From assembly GCA_028819255.1 (NCBI GenBank), contig JAPPMB010000116.1:34810-98809 (forward strand): a stretch of DNA of 64,000 nucleotides, given 5' to 3'. Made by a program: the position numbers and the translations under genes. Below, piece after piece: positions 27,762 through 34,547 of this stretch. The number at the start of each line of letters is the position of its first letter. Position 1 is the stretch's first letter. The DNA is from Bryobacterales bacterium. Lineage in GTDB: Bacteria > Acidobacteriota > Terriglobia > Bryobacterales > UBA6623. The notes beneath the pieces are model-generated. The model worked only from the letters and a program-made list of their open reading frames with translations. It made no database searches and had not been told where the DNA came from.

Positions 27762-28002
27762 GTGCGCCTCCTGTACCGTTGTACCTTCCAGTCAGTCGAG
27801 TGAAGTACAGGTCGTAGATCTTGCCTCGCTCGGCAATCCTCAACCGGGCGAGCAGAGGTCCGCCCTCGATAATGATCTTCTTACCGGACAGTCCGCACTG
27901 GTGCTCTCCCGGCCAAAGGATCACGGGGGCTCCTGCCAGGTCGAGGATCCCCCCGCAGAACGCCCGAATTGCTATCCATAATGATGCAAAAGCCAGTTTC
28001 AT
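27709..28002 (-). CDS. Hypothetical small secreted protein (IS cargo)
   Basis: 97 aa with the signal-like N-terminus MKLAFASLWIAIRAFCGG. aaggag lies 8 nt upstream. The ATG overlaps the stop of the transposase fragment (ATGA). The 3' end overlaps the convergent GIY-YIG ORF by 53 nt. Confidence 0.4.
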   Translation of the reverse strand: MKLAFASLWIAIRAFCGGILDLAGAPVILWPGEHQCGLSGKKIIIEGGPLLARLRIAERGKIYDLYFTRLTGRYNGTGGALTGDCNEDPAQIATHVP

Positions 28003-28124
28003 GCGGTTAACTCCTTGTAGGTGAGCCGTCTGCCCTGCATTCCATCACTGTTTGACCACGATGTCAAGCGGTTTTCGGCTTTGTGTATGCTAGGCTCAAG
28101 AGCAAGTGGCAGGGACACGAATCC

Positions 28125-28143
28125 GGCCCGGAATCAGCGGGCC
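28125..28143. other. Stem-loop 1 in the leader of the deleted IS copy
   Basis: ggcccg / gaatcag / cgggcc: a 6-bp stem with a 7-nt loop that ends in CAG, like the complete-copy loop ttagcag. Confidence 0.5.
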
Positions 28144-28207
28144 AGAAAGGAGATGAAGATCATGAGAGTTCTGTCGGAAGCATTCATCCCGCAGCCTCCT
28201 TTGAGTT

Positions 28208-28255
28208 GCCGGGGCTGAAGCTTTGAAGTGCCCGAGAGGGTGCTTCAGCCCCGGC
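28208..28255. other. Stem-loop 2 in the leader of the deleted IS copy
   Basis: gccggggctgaagc (28208-28221) is the exact complement of gcttcagccccggc (28242-28255): a 14-bp stem with a 20-nt loop. Confidence 0.6.
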
Positions 28256-28306
28256 AGCAAACCTCTGTGTCCCTGCTCACTTGAGCAATCATACCTCCTG
28301 CTGACC

Positions 28307-28340
28307 GCCCGCCCTGCGGTCACTCTCGTATATAATCCCC
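28307..28340. repeat. Right terminal inverted repeat (IRR)
   Basis: gcccgccctgcggtcactctcgtatataatcccc is the exact reverse complement of IRL (34/34). Confidence 0.9.
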
Positions 28341-28348
28341 AAACTATA
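28341..28348. repeat. Target-site duplication, right copy (AAACTATA)
   Basis: Identical to 24049-24056. Confidence 0.85.
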
Positions 28349-28464
28349 CGAAGCTCCTGCCGAGCACGAGTGCCGAAAGTGCGTTGCGCTCGAAAGACTG
28401 GCGGCTGTTCGTGAACGCCGATATCGGAGACGGATGGGTGATCCCGCGAGACTACATCACCTAG
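28349..28464 (+). pseudogene. abiEi: abiEi 3' part
   Basis: After removing the IS and one TSD copy, the frame continues ...RNY|TKLLPSTSAESALRSKDWRLFVNADIGDGWVIPRDYIT* with the stop TAG at 28462-28464. Confidence 0.75.
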
Positions 28465-28672
28465 CGGGAAGGCTCTTCGAGCGCCGCTTCGAGGCGCTGG
28501 AGCAGCCGGTCCCCGACTGCCCGGCGCCGGGAAAGCCGAGGCCCGCGCTCGTGGTGGAATACGGCCCAGATTGGCCCCCCATCTTAGGGCGACCGAGGCA
28601 ATAGAGCCGGTAGGGGCGCAGCCCATGTTGGCACCCTTACAAGACGGTCCCCGATCCGGCCGCAGTTCAAGG

Positions 28673-29998
28673 TCATCCCGAGGGCGAGTCCTCTCGGGTG
28701 GATGCCAGTGCGTCGGATCTGAAGGCGAGGCACTGGAAGAAGTCGTCAATTCGTCTGTACTCCCGATCGTCCGAATCCATGAAGACTTCCAATCTTCGGA
28801 TCACTTTGTTCCTAACTTCGCGTGCTGACAATTCGACAAGCTCTTCGTTGGAGAGGATCTCCTCGCGATAAACGCCTTGCCAGCGGTAGCTCCAGACCCT
28901 GACGGAGTACTTGTCTGGTTTTTGTCTGTTGATCGGTGTCTTCTCCATGAAACTCTTCAGCCGGTTCACGAAGGAACGCTCCTTGCGGTTATCGCTGCGG
29001 AAAGCGAAGTCTATCTTGACATCGTGACGTGTGAATGTTATGAACCAGGAAAGCGCGTCACGATGGCCGCCCATCCTCAGCACGGCGTCACCCAAGGTCA
29101 CATCGGTCCATCCCAGCCAGTAGGTCCCCGAGCGGTTGTTGGAAGACGTTGGCGTAACGCCCCGGCCTCTCAAGTAGTTTGCCACCGCAGCCCGCAGTTC
29201 CATCGGATTGTGTCTGGACTCCTTCACCAGGTTGACGAGCGAGTTGCGGTACTCTGCCCGGTCTGCTGACACCATCCCGCGGACACCATCGTCGCCGTGC
29301 TTCCCTAGGACCCGGCGCAATCTCTTCAGGATTGCGCGATGGTCGTCGAGAAGCACCCTGTAGCCCTCGCCGCCGGGACGAAACCACCGCTCGATCATGT
29401 CGAGGTACTGCCTGATGAAGGTTTGCACGCTTGGACACGTAAACTCCCCAGCCGCCGAGACCGTACGGATGGCTTGGAGGACCGAGTCCCAACCGACATG
29501 GGCGATGCTCGGGAAGTTATCGCTTCCTTCCAGCGAGGTGGTCAACAGGACGCTTCTCACCGTGTGGCCCTCGTGCTTTCCTAGTAGCGTCTCTTCGTAG
29601 CGCCTGACTTGATCAAGATGGTGGGGAGAAGCCGACTCCGTCTTGTTCTCGACGGCGATCAAGCACTTCTCCGTCTTGAAGCGGATCGTGATGTCGACGT
29701 GGTCCCGTTCTCTCCAGACCTCGACATTCCCCGCCTCGAAGCTGGTCTCGGGAAGAGGCTTCGTATCCGCCGCCGGGAATTGGCCATTGACGTGGTTGAC
29801 GAACCATCTTAGGAACCGCGAGCCGATTCCATGGGTGTCGGCGGGCCGGAGCAGCCATGCCAGCACGTTGCTGTGGCGTATTTCGTAATTCGCGTACTGG
29901 AGAACATCGAACGTGTTGAATTTCCGTGGCCCCCCGAACTTCCGGTGGTATGCCCGAAACCTGGGAGCGTCGATCAGGTTCCGCAGGTCGTCTTCCAT
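28673..29998 (-). CDS. PD-(D/E)XK nuclease-superfamily protein with an uncharacterised C-terminal domain
   Basis: 441 aa. The N-terminal block is FNTFDVLQYANYEIRHSNVLAWLLRPADTHGIGSRFLRWF, followed by the D...E-x-K core (HVDITIRF...CLIAVENKTE) and DQVRRYEE. The C-terminal ~250 aa have no motif I recognise. Confidence 0.75.
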   Translation of the reverse strand: MEDDLRNLIDAPRFRAYHRKFGGPRKFNTFDVLQYANYEIRHSNVLAWLLRPADTHGIGSRFLRWFVNHVNGQFPAADTKPLPETSFEAGNVEVWRERDHVDITIRFKTEKCLIAVENKTESASPHHLDQVRRYEETLLGKHEGHTVRSVLLTTSLEGSDNFPSIAHVGWDSVLQAIRTVSAAGEFTCPSVQTFIRQYLDMIERWFRPGGEGYRVLLDDHRAILKRLRRVLGKHGDDGVRGMVSADRAEYRNSLVNLVKESRHNPMELRAAVANYLRGRGVTPTSSNNRSGTYWLGWTDVTLGDAVLRMGGHRDALSWFITFTRHDVKIDFAFRSDNRKERSFVNRLKSFMEKTPINRQKPDKYSVRVWSYRWQGVYREEILSNEELVELSAREVRNKVIRRLEVFMDSDDREYRRIDDFFQCLAFRSDALASTREDSPSG

Positions 29999-30380
29999 GC
30001 GTCCGCCTCCCCTTCGAGTGTAGTGTGCAGATGGCGTCTCTCGATCCGGGCCATCGGAAAGTCAGCGTGAGTCGGGTCTCTCGCCAGACAAGTCGCGACC
30101 TGATGAGGGACTGCCCCCTCAGTCCGTCGGCGGTCTCGGCCCACCGATGCACAGCCTATGCGCGAGCAATCCACGAGAGCGCATCGGCGATGGCGTTCGG
30201 TGGCGGAGACCCCAGGCGCCCGTTGCCCCGGCAACGGCGAGAAATGCCGGGGTTCAACGCGGCGGAGCGCGACTCCGGGAGATGCGGTCACCAACCTCAG
30301 GCCTTCACTTCCAACGGAATGCAAGCCGGGCGGGTGGCCGGGTGCGATAGCCTATAGACGCGAGCCATAGTATCCCTGTC

Positions 30381-33029
30381 ATGAAGCGCCTGGCCCTAGC
30401 GCTAATGTTCGCGGTTCCGTGTTGGTCCGCAGGCGACCTGCATTTCTTTGAGTCAAAGGTGCGGCCGCTTCTTGCAGAGAGGTGCTTTGCCTGCCACGCC
30501 GATTCGGAGATGGGGGGCCTGCGGCTGGATTCGCTGGAACGAGCACTGCAGGGGGGATCACGCGGTGCCGCGATCGTTCCCGGGGACCCCGTCGGCAGCC
30601 TGCTGCTGACGGCAGTTCGACGTACGCGCGACGACCTCAAGATGCCTCCGTCCGAGGCATTGACGGCATCCGAGATCGCCGTCCTAGAACAGTGGATCGA
30701 CAAGGGAGCAGTTTGGGCAGACAATGCGAGATCCGCCACACCCACTGCGGAAGTGTCGCGCCAGAGTCGGCAGTTTTGGGCGTTCCGGCCCGTACGGAGG
30801 CCCGGAGTGCCCAGCGTCGATGCGGCGGGAGCGATCGACGCCCTCTTGAAGGATCGGCTGGCGGAGGCGGGGCTCGAGCCGGCACCGCCGGCGGACAGGA
30901 GAACTCTGATTCGGCGTGTCTCCTTCGATCTTCTCGGACTGCCCCCGAGCCCCGCGGAGACAGCTGCGTTCCTGGCGGATGATGCGCCCGCCGCCTATCG
31001 GCGGCTCGTCGACCGACTGCTCGGGTCGCCGCACTACGGAGAACGCATGGCCAGGCGGTGGCTTGACCTCGCCCGGTATGCCGACGGGCAGTCGGCTGCA
31101 TACGCCGACACGCCCCTGAAGAACGCCTGGCGCTATCGGGACTGGGTCGTGGAGGCGTTCAACCGCGATTTGCCGTACGACCGGTTTGTTGTGTTCCAAC
31201 TCGCCGCGGATCTCGAGCCCGCGCCTGGGGGCGGCGAGAATCTGGCTGCGCTGGGTTTTCACGCCTTGCGGGACCGTGATGACGACCGAGTGGACGTGAC
31301 CGGTCGGACGTTCTTGGGCTTGACGATCGGTTGTGCGCAGTGCCACGACCACAAGTTCGACCCGATACCGCAAACGGACTTCTACGCCCTGCAGGGCGTG
31401 TTCAACAGCACGGAGGCATACAATCATCCGCTCGCCCCTGTGCAGCAGGTGGAGGCGTACGAGTCGGCGACCAAGAAGGTCAAGGAAAAGGAACTTGCAA
31501 TCGATCTGTTCCTTGAACGCGAACGTGACCAGCTGATCGACATTCTGATGGCGCGCACGGCCGACTACCTGGTCGCGAGCTACCGGGTCATGGCCCAAGG
31601 GGCCGAATCCGGCGACGTCGCTTCCGAGACGGGTTTGGACTCGCAGACGCTTGAGCGGTGGCTGGCCTATCTGAGCGCGCGCCCGCACGATCACCCGTAC
31701 CTGGACGACTGGCACGCGCTGACGGACCGGGCCGGCTCGCTTGTCGAGGCCCGTCAGACCGCCCAGGAGTTCGAGCTCACCCTACTGTCGATCCACCGCG
31801 AGAAGCGGGCGGTCGACGACAGGAATTACGTCAAGCTCGGCGGGGCGGAAGGCGTCCGGACTCAGCGCACCTTGCTCAACACGAACCTCGAGTTTCTCGA
31901 TCCGGTGCGCTACTACCTCTGGCGGGACATGACCGCCCCGCCTGCAAAGAAGCGGGGACTGCCGTTTGTCGGAGGTGTCTACCATTACGGACCGGAGGAG
32001 ATCGAGAGATTCCTCGGTGGCGTGTGGCTCCGGCACCTCGAAGCGCAGAAGGCCGAAGTTGAGCGCCTCAAAAAGGACGTGCCGGCGCCGTATCCGTTCC
32101 TGCACGCGTACCGAGACGCCGAAGTTCCGAAGGACGCTCGCTTGGCGGTCCGGGGCGACAAGAAGAACCTGGGCCCAGCGGTGCCCCGCCGATTCCTCGC
32201 GGTCTTGAGCGACGGCGATTCCGATCGATTCGAGCAGGGCAGCGGTCGTCTGGAGCTGGCCCGGGCCATCGCTTCGCCTCGGAACCCGCTGACCGCCCGG
32301 GTCTTCGTCAACCGTCTGTGGCAGTGGCGCTTCGGGCGCGGCCTCGTCTCGACGCCCAGCAATTTCGGCCAGCTGGGGGAGCGTCCCACGCATCCCGAAC
32401 TTCTGGACTGGCTCGCGGCTGAATTCGTGGAATCCGGATGGTCGATAAAGAAGCTGGACAGGGCCATTCTCCTCTCCGAGGCCTATCGCCGGAGTTCCCG
32501 GGTCGTGGCGGCCAACCACGAGGCTGATGCGGACAACCGGCTCCTATGGAGGTTCAGTCCCGTGAGGCGTCTCGACGCGGAGACGCTCCGGGATTCGCTG
32601 CTTTCCGTTTCGGGCCGGCTCGACCGAACACCGGGAGGCCCTCCCGACGCGCCGGCAGGAAGCGTTCCGCGGCGCGCGCTCTACACAACGGTGGACAGGA
32701 CCAACCCGGACCCGAGCATGGCCCTCTTCGATTTCCCGGATGCGAAGAGCCACGCTCCCATGCGCGACGTAACCGTCGGGCCGCTGCAGCGGCTCTACTA
32801 CCTCAACAACCCGTTCTTCATCGAGCAATCGGTCGCGTTGGCAGGCCGCCTGGCCAAGGACGGGGCGGGCGGCACCGAAGCCCGCGTGAAACGGGCCTAC
32901 GAATTACTGTTCAGCCGGCCCCCGGATGACGAGGAACTTGCCGCGGCGCACCGATACGTCGGCTCCGACACATGGGAGCGCTATTGTCAGGTCCTGCTCG
33001 CTTCCAGCGAGTTTCTGTCTGTAAGGTGA
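30381..33029 (+). CDS. PSCyt1/PSCyt2(DUF1549)/PSD1(DUF1553) domain protein
   Basis: 882 aa with a signal peptide and a planctomycete-cytochrome-c-like CFACHADSEMGGLRLDS motif. Also contains RRVSFDLLGLPPS (DUF1549-like) and GCAQCHDHKFDPI (DUF1553-like). Confidence 0.88.
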   Translation: MKRLALALMFAVPCWSAGDLHFFESKVRPLLAERCFACHADSEMGGLRLDSLERALQGGSRGAAIVPGDPVGSLLLTAVRRTRDDLKMPPSEALTASEIAVLEQWIDKGAVWADNARSATPTAEVSRQSRQFWAFRPVRRPGVPSVDAAGAIDALLKDRLAEAGLEPAPPADRRTLIRRVSFDLLGLPPSPAETAAFLADDAPAAYRRLVDRLLGSPHYGERMARRWLDLARYADGQSAAYADTPLKNAWRYRDWVVEAFNRDLPYDRFVVFQLAADLEPAPGGGENLAALGFHALRDRDDDRVDVTGRTFLGLTIGCAQCHDHKFDPIPQTDFYALQGVFNSTEAYNHPLAPVQQVEAYESATKKVKEKELAIDLFLERERDQLIDILMARTADYLVASYRVMAQGAESGDVASETGLDSQTLERWLAYLSARPHDHPYLDDWHALTDRAGSLVEARQTAQEFELTLLSIHREKRAVDDRNYVKLGGAEGVRTQRTLLNTNLEFLDPVRYYLWRDMTAPPAKKRGLPFVGGVYHYGPEEIERFLGGVWLRHLEAQKAEVERLKKDVPAPYPFLHAYRDAEVPKDARLAVRGDKKNLGPAVPRRFLAVLSDGDSDRFEQGSGRLELARAIASPRNPLTARVFVNRLWQWRFGRGLVSTPSNFGQLGERPTHPELLDWLAAEFVESGWSIKKLDRAILLSEAYRRSSRVVAANHEADADNRLLWRFSPVRRLDAETLRDSLLSVSGRLDRTPGGPPDAPAGSVPRRALYTTVDRTNPDPSMALFDFPDAKSHAPMRDVTVGPLQRLYYLNNPFFIEQSVALAGRLAKDGAGGTEARVKRAYELLFSRPPDDEELAAAHRYVGSDTWERYCQVLLASSEFLSVR

Positions 33030-33034
33030 ATTCA

Positions 33035-34402
33035 ATGCTGTTGTCCCGGCGAGAAACGCTCAGAATCCTGGGAGCCGGCTTCGGGTCCGTGGGTCTGGCC
33101 GCCTCCCTGCAAGCCGACGGCCCCGGGTCCCCGCACTTTCCGGCGAGAGCGAAGCGTGTAATATTCCTCTACCTCAACGGCGGCCTGTCTCACGTCGACA
33201 CCTTCGACCCGAAGCCGGCGCTGGCCAAGTTCGACGGCCAGCCCATGCCGGGGCCCAAGATCAAGACCGACCGTGCTTCCGGCGGCCTCATGAAGTCGCC
33301 CTTCGAGTTCCGGCCATACGGCGAAAGCGGCATCGAGGTCAGCGACATCTTCCCTCAGGTGGGGTCGCGCATCGACGACATTCTCGTCGTTCGCTCGATG
33401 TGGTCTGAGAGCGTCAACCACCTGCCTTCGATGCTGATGATGAACACGGGGCACGCGCTGCGCGGCGGCTCCCGACCGTCGTTCGGTTCGTGGGTCGCAT
33501 ACGGACTGGGAACGGAGAACAGGAACCTGCCGGGATTCGTGGTCCTGTGCCCAGGGACGCCGGTTGGCGCCTCGAGGAACTGGTCTTCCTCGTTCCTGCC
33601 CACCGCGTTCCACGGCATGCTGCTCCGGAACAATGCGGAGACGCCCGACAAGGTCGTCCGGAACATCGCCAACGCGACCTACACGCCCGACCAGCAGCGC
33701 CGTCAGCTCGACCTGCTGAACCGGATTGATGCGTCATTCCTAGATCGGGTCGGCTTCGACCCCCGGCTCGAGTCCAACATCGAATCCATGGAAACCGCGT
33801 TTCGAATGCAGGCCGAGGCACCGGGGATCTTCGACCTGACCAGGGAACCCGAGCATGTGCGCTCGCGTTACGGGGAAGGGGAATTCGGGCGCGGCTGCCT
33901 GATGGCTCTGCGCCTAGCCGAGGCAGGGGTCCGCGTCGTCCAGGTGTACTACGGGGATGGCCAGCCCTGGGACAGCCACGACGACATCATGACCCAAAAG
34001 GACCATGCGGAGCGTTCGGACGGCCCGATCGCGGCCCTGATCGAGGATCTGAAACTCCGCGGAATGCTGGACGAGACCCTGGTGATTGTCGGCAGCGAGT
34101 TCGGACGCACGCCGATGATCCAGAACTCAGGGACCGAGAAGGTCGGCAGGGGTCGCGACCACAATCCTCCGGGCTATTCGATTCTGCTGGCTGGCGGCGG
34201 GATCCGGGGCGGCCAAACCTACGGCGCAACCGACGACTTCGGCTACAAGGCCGCCGTCAATCCGGTGACGCCCCACGACCTGCACGCAACTGCGCTGCAT
34301 CTGCTGGGCCTGGACCACACGAAACTGACGTATCGGTACAGCGGAAGAGACTTCCGGCTGACCGACATCCACGGCACCGTCGTGGAGGACTGGCTCTCGT
34401 AG
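33035..34402 (+). CDS. DUF1501 (sulfatase-like fold) protein with Tat signal
   Basis: Internal ATG at 33035 (MLLSRRETLRILGAGFGSVGL). Ends with the typical DUF1501 C-terminus GGGIRGGQTYGATDDFG...HDLHATALHLLGLDH. Starts 5 nt after the PSCyt gene stop. Confidence 0.9.
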   Translation: MLLSRRETLRILGAGFGSVGLAASLQADGPGSPHFPARAKRVIFLYLNGGLSHVDTFDPKPALAKFDGQPMPGPKIKTDRASGGLMKSPFEFRPYGESGIEVSDIFPQVGSRIDDILVVRSMWSESVNHLPSMLMMNTGHALRGGSRPSFGSWVAYGLGTENRNLPGFVVLCPGTPVGASRNWSSSFLPTAFHGMLLRNNAETPDKVVRNIANATYTPDQQRRQLDLLNRIDASFLDRVGFDPRLESNIESMETAFRMQAEAPGIFDLTREPEHVRSRYGEGEFGRGCLMALRLAEAGVRVVQVYYGDGQPWDSHDDIMTQKDHAERSDGPIAALIEDLKLRGMLDETLVIVGSEFGRTPMIQNSGTEKVGRGRDHNPPGYSILLAGGGIRGGQTYGATDDFGYKAAVNPVTPHDLHATALHLLGLDHTKLTYRYSGRDFRLTDIHGTVVEDWLS

Positions 34403-34547
34403 CTCGCTTCGGGGGATGGCGCCAAGATTGCGTCTTGTTCGGGTCGGCTGATCCCGCAGGGCCAAGGTGCATAGCCGAGGCAAGGAGTCCTGTCGAGCCG
34501 CGTTGGGCTGCATTTGTCCTGCGCGTTGAGCCATGAACCAGGCTCGT

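Larger units (their letters stand above)
24057..28340 (-). mobile_element. IS1595-family transposable unit with cargo (4,284 bp)
   Basis: Perfect 34-bp terminal inverted repeats, an 8-bp TSD, an IS1595-type transposase, and an in-frame restoration of abiEi on conceptual excision. GC is lower than in the flanks. Confidence 0.85.
27999..28340 (-). pseudogene. Internally deleted second IS1595-like copy: 15-codon transposase C-terminal fragment fused to a ~294-nt leader and IRR
   Basis: 27999-28046 encodes DGMQGRRLTYKELTA*, compared with ADGMDGKRLTYKALIKEN in the intact transposase. The 16-mer ccttgtaggtgagccg is shared (26259-26274 and 28013-28028). The leader 15-mer accacgatgtcaagc is shared (27215-27229 and 28055-28069). 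Confidence 0.7.

Noticed and set aside
28153-28218. 18-21-codon ORF (MKIMRVLSEAFIPQPPLSCRG) with an aaggag Shine-Dalgarno inside the leader of the deleted IS copy
   Set aside because: It is not conserved in the other leader copy, where the equivalent position has ATA instead of ATG. It is not hydrophobic or toxin-like. Its stop sits in the stem of hairpin 2, so it is more likely a chance ORF within structured RNA.
28434-28604. 56-codon ORF overlapping the abiEi 3' end as a truncated AbiEii toxin
   Set aside because: The only resemblance is a vague ALVVEYGPDW versus the EKD(F/Y)WV motif I recall. That is insufficient, so it is not annotated.
30684-31715. Further long shadow ORFs: 30684..31715(-), 35508..36584(+), 40611..41717(+), 45041..46138(-), 46899..48539(+), 53131..54174(+), 53795..54943(-), 54802..55920(+), 56669..58432(-), 58208..59848(+), 60568..61557(-)
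   Set aside because: Each overlaps, in antisense or out of frame, a gene with strong family signatures. All show the Arg/Pro/Gly/Ala-rich composition of non-coding frames in high-GC DNA. The exception is a short part of 56669..58432, discussed as a possible dcm relic.
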